A stretch of 62,107 nucleotides of DNA, counting the filler. It is 9 parts of 9 records of this genome, joined end to end, with 100 filler letters (N's around TTAATTAATTAA, not from the genome) between each part and the next. Parts side by side here need not be neighbours in the genome. Positions count along the whole stretch, not along the records: positions 14,245 to 19,878 come from SRR31156797_37997; positions 19,979 to 26,388 come from SRR31156797_38001; 7 more parts are not named here. One strand, given 5' to 3'. The translations under genes were made by a program, and so were the position numbers. Under the pieces are notes generated by a model. That model made no database searches. It was not told the origin of the DNA and saw only the letters and a program-made list of their open reading frames with translations. Shown piece after piece: positions 17,260-26,488 of this stretch. How positions within the stretch are numbered: the first letter of the stretch is position 1; every line of letters starts with the position of its first letter.

Positions 17260-18666
17260 ATGACCGCAACTGTCGCCAAAACAAGCATCCCCTTTTTCGA
17301 CGTAATCATAGTGGGCGGAGGCCCGGCCGGGCTTTTTTCCGCTTATTATCTGAGCGAACACACCAATTTGAGCATTTTGCTTATCGATAAGGGTAAGGCG
17401 CCCCAAAGAAGAAAATGCCCCATCGGTTCCACTCAGAAATGCAAAAAGTGCAAGCCCTGCAATATTTTGTGCGGCATCGGCGGCGCAGGACTATTTTCCG
17501 ACGGCAAGCTCAATTACATTTACAAACTGGGAAAAACCGACCTGACCCAATTCATGAAAGTCGATGAAGCCTCCAGGCTGATTGATGAAACCGAAGAAAT
17601 ATTCAACATGTTCGGCATGGACGCCCCGGTTTATCCAACCGACATGGCCGCGGCCCAAAGCATTCGAAAAACAGCCAAACGCCATGGCGTCGACCTTCTG
17701 CTGATAAAACAAAAACACCTGGGCAGCGACAACCTGCCCGGTCATATTACCGGCATGGCCGACCACATCAGATCCAAAGGAGTAGTCTTTCACACTTCCG
17801 AAGAAGCCAAGGACATTGTCGTGGAAAAAGGCCGAATTAAAGGCCTGGTCACCAACAGACGGCAATACCAGTGTGACAATATAATCATGGCCCCCGGAAG
17901 AGTCGGCGCCGACTGGATCGGGGGCCTGGCCTCCAGGCACGGCCTCGGCCTTGAACAACGGGGCATAGAGGTCGGAGTCCGGGTGGAAGTCCACAACGAT
18001 ATCATGCAGGACCTGTGCGACATAATTTACGACCCGACTTTCTTCGTTCAGACCGCCAAATACGACGATCAGACCAGAACATTCTGCACCAATCAAGGCG
18101 GATATGTGGCCCTTGAAAACTATGCCCGGTTTGTCTGTGTCAACGGCCATGCTTTTTCTAACGTAAAATCGGAAAATACAAATTTCGCTTTTCTTTCCAA
18201 GGCGGTTTTAACCGAACCGGTCACCGACAACCAGGCTTACGGCGAAGCCATCGGCTCCCTGGCCACCCTTATCGGCGGAGGCCGTCCCATACTGCAGCGG
18301 TTTGGAGACCTGAAAAGGGGCCGCCGCAGCACATGGCACAGGGTCAACAAGGGCTACATTCAGCCAACCCTGACCAATGTCGTTTGCGGAGATATAGCCA
18401 TGGCCCTCCCGGAACGGATAATGACCAATATCATAGAAGGCCTGGAAAAACTCAATTATGTCGTGCCCGGAGTATCCAATGATGAAGCTCTGCTATATGC
18501 TCCGGAAATAAAATTTTTCGCCACCCAGATCGACACGGACAATAATCTGGAAACAAAGATCAAGGGCATGTACGTGGCTGGAGACGGCCCCGGCGTGGCC
18601 GGAAATATCGTCTCGGCCGCGGCCACCGGCATCATCCCGGCCAAGGAGATTGCCTCGAAAAGATGA
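17260..18666 (+). CDS. FAD-dependent oxidoreductase (COG2509 / HI0933-like)
   Basis: GGGPAG Rossmann motif, CPxxxxxxCKKCKPC, GGAGLFSDGKL, RTFCTN, VNGH, YAPEIKF and GDGPG. Confidence 0.82.
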   Translation: MTATVAKTSIPFFDVIIVGGGPAGLFSAYYLSEHTNLSILLIDKGKAPQRRKCPIGSTQKCKKCKPCNILCGIGGAGLFSDGKLNYIYKLGKTDLTQFMKVDEASRLIDETEEIFNMFGMDAPVYPTDMAAAQSIRKTAKRHGVDLLLIKQKHLGSDNLPGHITGMADHIRSKGVVFHTSEEAKDIVVEKGRIKGLVTNRRQYQCDNIIMAPGRVGADWIGGLASRHGLGLEQRGIEVGVRVEVHNDIMQDLCDIIYDPTFFVQTAKYDDQTRTFCTNQGGYVALENYARFVCVNGHAFSNVKSENTNFAFLSKAVLTEPVTDNQAYGEAIGSLATLIGGGRPILQRFGDLKRGRRSTWHRVNKGYIQPTLTNVVCGDIAMALPERIMTNIIEGLEKLNYVVPGVSNDEALLYAPEIKFFATQIDTDNNLETKIKGMYVAGDGPGVAGNIVSAAATGIIPAKEIASKR

Positions 18667-18929
18667 ATCCAGACCTTTTATTTAGAAAAACTTTAAACCG
18701 CAATCCTCGCGTCCGGCCTCTCACCTGACGCCCATTGGAAAAGCAAATCCTAAAGACTTGATATTGCAGTTTCACTCGATTGAGACGAACAATTGGACAG
18801 ATGGCCACTGCGCCCTTAACAGGTTATTTTCATTACAGTTAGAGGCGCATACCCCTTTTCAAAATTCACACCAAATCTTTTATAACAAAATTTCACATTT
18901 TCTTTATCTATACTTTCAATATGCAAGTC

Positions 18930-18957
18930 TTGACATGAGGTAATAGGCATATATACT
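18930..18957 (+). promoter_or_regulatory. Sigma70 promoter upstream of the HD-GYP gene
   Basis: TTGACA-N16-TATACT. Confidence 0.55.
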
Positions 18958-19093
18958 TATACTACTTCAAAGGAAAAGAGAGCCGTCCATAGTTTTGGGG
19001 CGCTAGGAAGGCTGTAACCCATAGCGTGAAAGCATAACCTAAAGTTTTTATTGTTAGTGACGCTCCTTGAGGCGTTATATCAAGGTGATCGAT

Positions 19094-19878
19094 TTGAATA
19101 AAAATGAACCCAGGTTGATGAAGATTAAAACCAAGGAATTAAGAGCCGGCATGTTTGTTCACGACGTCGGCAGAAGTTGGCTGTCCCATCCTTGGGCGAC
19201 CAAACGCAAGAAAATCACTGCCCAAACAGAAATAGACCAGCTTATTCAACATGGCATTACGGAAGTTGTCATAGACCTGGAAAGAGGCGACCCGGCTGTT
19301 GTGGACAGCGTGCAGGAACATGGCATTACCCAAAGGACGGTGGCCCGTTCCAAAAAAATAGATTCAGCGGATTTATTTCACGAAGTTAAAGATAAAGGAC
19401 AAGATCACAAACCGGAAAACATTCAGGATGTGGAACGCCGTAAAAAGCCCAGGCCCGATTCCGCCGCCGATTCAACTTCCTTTGATGAAGAACTGCCCAT
19501 GGCCCAAAAGACTTATCAGCAGGCCTTGAATGTAACCAGGGAATTCATGACCGACGCCCGGTTGGGAAAAAAGATAGAAGTCGGAAAAGTCCAGGAAAAT
19601 GTCGAAAACATGATCGACAGCGTTTTCAGAAATCGCGACGCCATGCTTTCTCTGCTCAAACTCAAACAATACGATGAATATACTTTTACCCACTGCCTTA
19701 ATGTAGCCGTCCTGTGCCTTTCCATGGGCCGGCACATGAATCTTTCGCGAGAAAGATTGAGCCGGCTCGGCGTAGGCGCCATTTTTCACGATGTGGGCAA
19801 ACAGTTGATTCCCAGTGAAATAATCAACAAGCCCGGTAAATTGACCGACGAAGAATTTGCCGTGATCCAGAATCATCC
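19094..19878 (+). CDS. DUF3391 + HD-GYP c-di-GMP phosphodiesterase (3'-truncated)
   Basis: KELRAGMFV...WLSHPW (DUF3391); YDEYTFTHCLNV, FHDVGK and IINKPGKLTDEEF (HD-GYP). TTG at 19094 follows RBS AAGGTGA. Confidence 0.85.
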
Positions 19879-19978
19879 NNNNNNNNNNNNNNNNNNNNNN
19901 NNNNNNNNNNNNNNNNNNNNNNTTAATTAATTAANNNNNNNNNNNNNNNNNNNNNNNNNNNNNNNNNNNNNNNNNNNN
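19879..19978. other. Artificial contig linker
   Basis: 44 N + TTAATTAATTAA + 44 N. Confidence 0.99.
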
Positions 19979-20007
19979 TTGGGTTACGCTGCGCTAACCC
20001 AACCTAC
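19979..20007 (-). repeat. GTAG-family REP element at the contig end
   Basis: Minus strand reads GTAG-G-TTGGGTTA-GCGCAGCG-TAACCCAA: a GTAG head followed by a palindrome. Confidence 0.7.
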
Positions 20008-20078
20008 CTTCCTGCCGTTCGATTTTGGGAACAAATTCCGGGTATGGCTTATAAAAACAGGTTGAAAATTTGGTAGGC

Positions 20079-20100
20079 GCCCGGCCCTTTCGGGCCGGGC
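20079..20100 (-). terminator. GC-rich hairpin downstream of the thiolase gene
   Basis: GCCCGGCCC-GAAA-GGGCCGGGC, a 9-bp stem with a GNRA loop. The U-tract is weak on this strand. Confidence 0.5.
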
Positions 20101-20164
20101 TTTTCGGCTCAAGGGGAAAACAAGGCCGATATTTAATCCCGTAAGGGATGGATGGTGTCGTTTA

Positions 20165-21361
20165 TTACAGTCCGACCAGGTTGATGCTGACCAGGTTCAT
20201 GGCCGGGAAACCGCCCATGTTGTGGGTCAGGCCAATCTTGGGGTCCTTGATCTGCCGTTCGCCGGCTTTGCCCTGCAGCTGTTTGTACATTTCGTACATC
20301 ATGCGCAGACCGGAAGCGCCGATGGGATGGCCGAAGCACTTGAGGCCGCCGTCGGGCTGGCAGGGGATTTTTCCGTCCAGGTTAAAAAAGCCGTCCCGAA
20401 CGTCGTTGCCGGCCTTACCGCGTTCGGAAATGCCCAGGTCTTCCATGGTTACCAGCTCGGTAATTGAAAAGCAGTCGTGGACGTCCATCATGCTGATTTC
20501 TTCGCGGGGATTCTTTACTCCTGCTTCTTCATATGCCTTGGCCGCGCACTTGGTCCCGGTCTTGACGTAGGTTCCGTCCCAATTGGTGGACATCAGCTCT
20601 TCGCCGGAACTCAAGGCAATCTGCATGGATTTTACGTAAATCGGGTCAGCCCTGAAATTTTTGGCCATATCGGCCCGGCAGACAATGGCCGCGGCCGCGC
20701 CGTCGGAAACGCCGCAGCAGTCAAAAAGACCCAGGGGCCAGGCGATCATGGGGGCCTTCATTATCTGTTCAACGGAAGCTTCCCGCCTCAAATGGGCCTT
20801 GGGGTTCTTGGCGCCGTTGGCATGGCTCTTGGCGGATACGTGGGCCAGGATTTCCTTGCCTTCTTCCGCGGAAAGGCCGTACTTGGCAAAATACCGGGTG
20901 GCCATCATGGCGAAGGAACCCGGAGCGGTTATATTCGGGAAGATCATCCGGTTTTTGGTGCCCATGACCTGAGAAAACTCGGGCAGGCCGCCGTAACCGG
21001 TGTCCTTTAGCTTTTCCGAGCCAACCGCCAGGCAGATGTCATAAGCGCCTGACGCGACCGCGTACACGGCCCCGCGCAAAGCTTCCGAACCGGTGGCGCA
21101 GAAGTTTTCAACCCTGGTTACGGGGATGAAAGGCAGTTTGAGGGCCAGGCTGAGAGGCGTGGCCGATTTGCCCACATTGACCTCGTCAAAGCAGGACCCG
21201 AACCAGGCGGCCTGTATGTCTTTCTTCTCCAGGCCCGCGTCGGTAATTGCTTCCTGGAATGCTTCGACAATCAGCTCTTCCGCGCCGGCGTCCCAACGTT
21301 CTCCGAACTTGGTGCAGCCCATCCCGATGATGGCTACTTTATCTTTTATGCCTTCGGCCAT
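20165..21361 (-). CDS. Acetyl-CoA acetyltransferase, SCP2-type thiolase
   Basis: VENFCATGS (catalytic Cys), SDGAAA, VHDCF and GHPIGASG. Confidence 0.9.
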   Translation of the reverse strand: MAEGIKDKVAIIGMGCTKFGERWDAGAEELIVEAFQEAITDAGLEKKDIQAAWFGSCFDEVNVGKSATPLSLALKLPFIPVTRVENFCATGSEALRGAVYAVASGAYDICLAVGSEKLKDTGYGGLPEFSQVMGTKNRMIFPNITAPGSFAMMATRYFAKYGLSAEEGKEILAHVSAKSHANGAKNPKAHLRREASVEQIMKAPMIAWPLGLFDCCGVSDGAAAAIVCRADMAKNFRADPIYVKSMQIALSSGEELMSTNWDGTYVKTGTKCAAKAYEEAGVKNPREEISMMDVHDCFSITELVTMEDLGISERGKAGNDVRDGFFNLDGKIPCQPDGGLKCFGHPIGASGLRMMYEMYKQLQGKAGERQIKDPKIGLTHNMGGFPAMNLVSINLVGL

Positions 21362-21400
21362 TTTAATATTCCTCCTTTAAGAATAGTTCCTTCACGGGGC

Positions 21401-22849
21401 TCATTCGCTTGCCGGAACGGCTTTCCAGAAATAGCCGTGAACGCCGAACTTGTCATCCACATATTTTTTACGGAAACTCATTTCCACGGGCATGCCCACC
21501 TGGACGGCGTCCAGGTCCGCATCGGTGATGTCGAACCAGAAGCGGCCGCCGCCGTCAAAGTCTACCATGCCGTATATCGCGGGCGGATTGAGGCTGAAGG
21601 CCAGGTTGTCGCCGGTATATGTGAAAAGTGTTCCTTTTTTATCGGCAAAGCTGTAAGGCTCCATTTGATCGACCGCGCCGCATTCGGGTTCGACGCAGAC
21701 CACCTGTCTCGGGAACTGCGGGGTGTTGCAGGCCGTGCATTTGCAGCCTCTCAGGCCTATAATCTGGTCCCGTGAGCGCCACATGTCGGACAGGGCGGTA
21801 AAGGCGACCATTTCGCCGCGAATGCCTTTTTCCACTTTCAAAAGTCCGCGCCACGCGACCATCTTTTCATAGCTGGTCAGTTCACGCTTCGCGGCCAGGT
21901 TCTTGGCCACGCCTCTGTGTTTGGCCTTTTCGGCTTCTATTTTGTCGGTCACTTCAAACAGGAGCGCATCCGCGCCGCTGCCGAAGCTGACCACCGCGAT
22001 CTTGTCGCCCGGTTTGGCTTCTTCCAGGGCCTTGACCAGGTGCACGGCCGTGTCCGCGGTTCCCATGTAACCGATCACGCCCAACAGGGGCTCGACAATC
22101 TGGGTCGGTTCAAGACCGGCGATCTTGGCTATCTTTTTAAAGTCGCCGCCGTACAGGCAGGGGTATACCACCTTGGCCAGGTCCTTTACTTCCAGACCCT
22201 GCTGTTTCATCAATCCGCCCATGGCTTCCAGGATAAACTTGGTGTACCCTTCGTCGCGGATGAAACGGTCTTCCCACTGATGGTCGTAAGTTTCGCCGGC
22301 GCCGCGCCAGTGATCCGGAAAGTCGTATGAAACCGAGTAAGATCCTAAAAAGTTAGCGATCGGATCTTCGTCGCCAATCAAAAGGGCTGCGGCGCCGTCG
22401 CCGAATATTTCTTCCTGGGCGCTGCCCGCCTTGGCGTTCCTGGTGTCGGCCGCGCAGACCAGGCAGGACTTGGCCGAACCGGCTTTTACGGAATCAAGCG
22501 CGGCCAGAACGGCTGTTGTGCCGGATTTGGTGGCGTCGGTAAAGTCGGCGCTCCGAATATTCGCGGGCGCATCAACCGCCGTGGCTATTATTTCAGCAAC
22601 CTGCCTTTCCACGTATGGCGAAGTCGTGCTGGCAAAGTACACGGCGCTGATATTGTTCTGATCGCAGCCGGCCAGGCAATCCTTGCCCGCGGCCACGGCC
22701 ATTGTAGCGCTGTCTTCGTCGAAATTACAGACTGCTCTTTCACCGGGCATGAAAGTCGCCGGATTGAGCCAGCCCATGCTCTTGTAAATAAGTTTTCTGT
22801 CAATCCGGTACTTGGGGATGTAGGCCCCGTACGAAACAATACCTGTCAT
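21401..22849 (-). CDS. HMG-CoA-synthase-like domain (catalytic residues lost) fused to a DUF35 Zn-ribbon/OB-fold domain
   Basis: GIVSYGAYIP, DEDSATMAV, GDGAAA and SFGSGA (HMGS-like); C-terminal CTAC...CVEPEC, GTLFTYT and GMPVEMSFRK (DUF35). Confidence 0.85.
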   Translation of the reverse strand: MTGIVSYGAYIPKYRIDRKLIYKSMGWLNPATFMPGERAVCNFDEDSATMAVAAGKDCLAGCDQNNISAVYFASTTSPYVERQVAEIIATAVDAPANIRSADFTDATKSGTTAVLAALDSVKAGSAKSCLVCAADTRNAKAGSAQEEIFGDGAAALLIGDEDPIANFLGSYSVSYDFPDHWRGAGETYDHQWEDRFIRDEGYTKFILEAMGGLMKQQGLEVKDLAKVVYPCLYGGDFKKIAKIAGLEPTQIVEPLLGVIGYMGTADTAVHLVKALEEAKPGDKIAVVSFGSGADALLFEVTDKIEAEKAKHRGVAKNLAAKRELTSYEKMVAWRGLLKVEKGIRGEMVAFTALSDMWRSRDQIIGLRGCKCTACNTPQFPRQVVCVEPECGAVDQMEPYSFADKKGTLFTYTGDNLAFSLNPPAIYGMVDFDGGGRFWFDITDADLDAVQVGMPVEMSFRKKYVDDKFGVHGYFWKAVPASE

Positions 22850-22896
22850 TACTTTTCCTCCTCCGGCCTTAAGGCCCGATTTTCAATTCAACTGCA

Positions 22897-23004
22897 AGTA
22901 GCTGAGCTACATCTATGGTGTAATTTACATATTTAAATTAACAAAGCTTTGGCGACGTCATCCGCTTCCGAAGCAAGCTTTGTTCCTTGGTTAACGCAGC
23001 TTCA
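22897..23004 (+). repeat. Dispersed non-coding element, copy B (MITE-like)
   Basis: Homologous to 14245-14337. Internal 10-bp inverted repeat AACAAAGCTT/AAGCTTTGTT; imperfect terminal inverted repeat (9/13 nt). Confidence 0.75.
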
Positions 23005-23340
23005 AGCTTCAAAATTCACCTGCTGGACATACTCGGATTCTTCCAGCATTTTTTTAATCCTGCCTCGAATGTCCGGGTCGGCGATCGGTTCGACTTCAGA
23101 CACCCAACGGCCGTCGTCGTCCTGCCTGGCCCGGTATTTTTTTAAAAAACCGGGAACGTGGGCGAAACGGCATCCGCCCACGCCGCAGCATGAAGAATCA
23201 ATTACCCCGTGACCTAGAAAACAGAGGACTTCGCGTCCGTCGATTTCAAGCCTCTTTTCCTCGTCCATGGTATACCCGCCGGAAATAGACCGGACTTCCT
23301 CCTGGTCGGGGTGCTTGAATTCCTTGATTGAATCAGCCAT
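23002..23340 (-). CDS. Hypothetical protein (112 aa) with an SSCCGxGGC motif
   Basis: ATG lies 2 nt after the ACAD stop. MADSIKEFKHP...VIDSSCCGVGGCRFAHVPG...WVSEVEPI. Confidence 0.72.
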   Translation of the reverse strand: MADSIKEFKHPDQEEVRSISGGYTMDEEKRLEIDGREVLCFLGHGVIDSSCCGVGGCRFAHVPGFLKKYRARQDDDGRWVSEVEPIADPDIRGRIKKMLEESEYVQQVNFEA

Positions 23341-23342
23341 GA

Positions 23343-24488
23343 CTAAAACCCCATGGATTTTCCTATGATCTGTTTCATGACCTCGGTCGTGCCGGCGAAA
23401 ATGGACAGAACTCGCACGTCCCTGTACCAGGCGCATATCGGGTATTCTTCCATGTATCCGTATCCGCCGTGCAACTGGACCCCGTGGTAGGCAACGCGGT
23501 TTACCATTTCAGACGTCCACCATTTGGCCATGGATACTTTCTTGACAATGTCCAGTCCCTTGATGTGGTCGTCTATCAAATCGTTAAGGAATGTCCGGCC
23601 CAACTGCACTTCCGTGGCCATTTCGGCCAGCTTGAACGTGTTGTGCTGCAAGGACCCGATAGGCGTTCCGAAGGCTTCTCTTTCCTTGCTGTACTGAACG
23701 CTGATATCGAGGATGGCCTCGGCGGCGGACTGGTTCATCATCGAACTGACCAGCCTTTCCTGTTGGAGCTTCATCATCAGGTATAAAAAGCCCTTGTTTT
23801 CCTCTCCCAACAGGTTGGCCGCCGGAATGCGGCAGTCTTCAAATATCAGTTCGGATGTGTCCGACATGCGCCAGCCCATTTTGTCCAGCTTGCGGCCCTT
23901 GATGAATCCGGGCGTCCCGTTTTCGACCAACAGCAGGCTGATGCCCTTGTGGGCCGGTTTGGCGTTCGGATCGGTCTTGGCCGCGACTATGACCAGGTCG
24001 CATTCCTGGCCCAGGGAAATAAAGGTCTTCTGGCCGTTAATGACGTATTCGTCGCCGTCCTTGACCGCGGTGGTGCGGATGGCCTGCAGGTCCGAACCGG
24101 TGTTGGGTTCGGTCATGGCCACGGCCACCAGGGTTTCGCCGGAAACAGCGCCTGGAAGATATTTTTTCTTCTGTTCTTCGTTACCGAAAGAATTCAGATA
24201 AGGAACCACGATGTCGGAATGAAGACTGACCATGAAGCCCATGGCCCTGACCCGGGTAAGTTCTTCGCAGATAATGACCGAATAATGAAAATCCGCGTCC
24301 AGGCCGCCGTATTCCTCGGGCAGCCATGGGCACAAATACCCCTGTTCGGCCAGTTTGGTCCAGGCGCTCCTGGGAATCTTGCCATTGGCTTCCCATTCTT
24401 CCAGGTTGGGGACGATTTCCTTTTCCACGTATTTGCGAAAGGCGTCCCGGAAGATCTGGTGTTCTTCAGAATATAAATCTTGAGTCAC
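23343..24488 (-). CDS. Acyl-CoA dehydrogenase (LCAD-type position of the catalytic Glu)
   Basis: AMTEPNTGSD, INGQKTFIS, LQQERL, QLHGGYGYM, and IFAGT in place of IYEGT. Confidence 0.92.
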   Translation of the reverse strand: MTQDLYSEEHQIFRDAFRKYVEKEIVPNLEEWEANGKIPRSAWTKLAEQGYLCPWLPEEYGGLDADFHYSVIICEELTRVRAMGFMVSLHSDIVVPYLNSFGNEEQKKKYLPGAVSGETLVAVAMTEPNTGSDLQAIRTTAVKDGDEYVINGQKTFISLGQECDLVIVAAKTDPNAKPAHKGISLLLVENGTPGFIKGRKLDKMGWRMSDTSELIFEDCRIPAANLLGEENKGFLYLMMKLQQERLVSSMMNQSAAEAILDISVQYSKEREAFGTPIGSLQHNTFKLAEMATEVQLGRTFLNDLIDDHIKGLDIVKKVSMAKWWTSEMVNRVAYHGVQLHGGYGYMEEYPICAWYRDVRVLSIFAGTTEVMKQIIGKSMGF

Positions 24489-24518
24489 AATGACCTCCTC
24501 CAGGCTAAATATCCTGTA

Positions 24519-25355
24519 TCAGGCTGTTTCAGCCAGGGCGTTGCCCAGGACCATTCTTCCGTCTCCGGTTTGGGTCCTGATGATGTATTTTCCTTCTTCG
24601 GCCTTCCACCCTTCGGTGATCAGGGTTTCGCCGGGCCAGACCATGCCGGTGAAACGGGCGGATAAGGATTTGAAACGGGCCGGGTCGCCGCCGCAAACGC
24701 TGTTTACAATAGCCCGGCCGGCTACTCCGAATGTGCAGAGGCCGTGTAAAATCGGCTTGTCCAGCCCGGCCATCTTGGCGAATTCCGGGTCTATATGCAG
24801 GGGATTCTTGTCGCCGCTAAGGCGGTAAAGCGCGGCCTGGTCCGGAGAAGTGGCGAATTCGACCTTGAAATCGGGCGCGATCCCTTCGGGCGGAACGATC
24901 TTTTCCGGCTTGGGTCCGGGGTCTCCTCCGAAATTGCCGGCCTTGCGGTCCCAGATGCCGGCGATGTTTTCAAAAACCAGCTCCCCGTTTTCATCGCGGG
25001 TTTCGTAAGAAACAATGGCCAGTGCGCCCTTGTCGCCCATGTCGCGTATTTCCTTGCACCCGCCCGTGGTTTGCAGGGTCCCGGCCGTAGGAATGGGCTT
25101 GTGCACGATAATCTTCTGGTCGCCGTGGAGCACGCTGGTCAGATTGAACCCGGATTCCTTGACAAAGACAAAAATAACCTCCATCAAAGGGGCCACCGCG
25201 AATGTGGGCAGAACCTTGAGGTTTTTTTCATAGATAAAATCAAGCTCGTCTACTCCCGCCCCTACGCCGAGGGCGTAAAGAATGGCCGTATCCTGGTTGT
25301 ATTTAAAGGGTACGGGCCCCAGGGTTTTTCCGATTACGTCTAAATTTACAGCCAT
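24519..25355 (-). CDS. MaoC/MFE-2-type (R)-specific enoyl-CoA hydratase, double hot-dog fold
   Basis: ILYALGVGA, LPTF, VLHGDQ and YRLSGDKNPLHIDP...PILHGLCTFG. Confidence 0.88.
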   Translation of the reverse strand: MAVNLDVIGKTLGPVPFKYNQDTAILYALGVGAGVDELDFIYEKNLKVLPTFAVAPLMEVIFVFVKESGFNLTSVLHGDQKIIVHKPIPTAGTLQTTGGCKEIRDMGDKGALAIVSYETRDENGELVFENIAGIWDRKAGNFGGDPGPKPEKIVPPEGIAPDFKVEFATSPDQAALYRLSGDKNPLHIDPEFAKMAGLDKPILHGLCTFGVAGRAIVNSVCGGDPARFKSLSARFTGMVWPGETLITEGWKAEEGKYIIRTQTGDGRMVLGNALAETA

Positions 25356-25448
25356 GGCATTCTCCTTGATTTTTTGGAACCGTTTAGTCAGGCGCCGGCG
25401 AAACAGTTGTTGTTTGAACCGGATTTCGCGGGCGCCTGTCGGATTGTC

Positions 25449-26276
25449 TTACATTGAAAAACCGCCGCCGGCGATAAGCACCTGCCCGGACACGTAGTTG
25501 GACATGGGCGAGGCAAAGAACAGTATTGCGTTGGCTGCCTCCTCGGCGGTTCCGGGGCGGCCCATGGGTATCATCTGGATGAAAATGTCCCGTTGAGCCT
25601 TGGGGATGCCCAGGGCGACTTTGCTGTCCCCGGCTTCAACGGCCGCGCCTTCTTCCTTATCCTTGGTCAGGCGGGTGTCGATCAGGCCGAAGGCCACGCA
25701 GTTGCTCTGCACGTTGTAACGGGCCCATTCCTTGCTTATGGACTTGGTCAGGCCGATAACCCCGGCCTTGGCCGATGAATAGTTGGCTTGGCCCACGTTG
25801 CCGCCTACGCCGGCAATGGATGAAATGTTCACTATTTTGCGGGCCCTGTTGCTTCCGGCCTTCATTTCTTCCTTGGCCGCATCGCAAAAATAGGGCTTGG
25901 CCGCACGGATCAGTTTAAAAGGAGCGCGCAGGTGGATATCCAGAATCTTGTCCCACTGGTCGTCGGTCATTTTATGGGCCATGCCGTCCCAGGTGAAGCC
26001 GGCGTTGTTGACCAGAATATGAATGGCTCCCCATTCATCAGCCGCCGCCTTGACAATACCGGGAGCAAAGTCGGGCGCGGTTACATCGCCGACGTAAGCT
26101 ATGGCCTCGCCGCCTTCTTTTTTTATTAGTTCAACGGTTTCTTCCGCGGGCGCCGGGTCGATATCGCTGATTACAACATTGGCCCCATGTTTGGCGAACA
26201 TAAGAGCTGCGGCCTGGCCTATGCCCCGGCCGGAACCTGTAATAATGGCTGTTTGGTTTTCGAGCATCCTTTCCAT
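25449..26276 (-). CDS. SDR-family 3-oxoacyl / 3-hydroxyacyl-CoA oxidoreductase (FabG-like)
   Basis: TGSGRGIG, NNAG, NISS and YSSAK. Confidence 0.9.
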   Translation of the reverse strand: MERMLENQTAIITGSGRGIGQAAALMFAKHGANVVISDIDPAPAEETVELIKKEGGEAIAYVGDVTAPDFAPGIVKAAADEWGAIHILVNNAGFTWDGMAHKMTDDQWDKILDIHLRAPFKLIRAAKPYFCDAAKEEMKAGSNRARKIVNISSIAGVGGNVGQANYSSAKAGVIGLTKSISKEWARYNVQSNCVAFGLIDTRLTKDKEEGAAVEAGDSKVALGIPKAQRDIFIQMIPMGRPGTAEEAANAILFFASPMSNYVSGQVLIAGGGFSM

Positions 26277-26388
26277 TGTCTTCCTCCTGATTCCGTTGCA
26301 TCCGGATGTTTTATATTTTCAGCAGTGGGCGATAGAATGTAGTTATTGCCTGTCCATGAATGGTTCTTTTTCCCAATCTCTTTGTCGA

Positions 26389-26488
26389 NNNNNNNNNNNN
26401 NNNNNNNNNNNNNNNNNNNNNNNNNNNNNNNNTTAATTAATTAANNNNNNNNNNNNNNNNNNNNNNNNNNNNNNNNNNNNNNNNNNNN
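26389..26488. other. Artificial contig linker
   Basis: 44 N + TTAATTAATTAA + 44 N. Confidence 0.99.
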
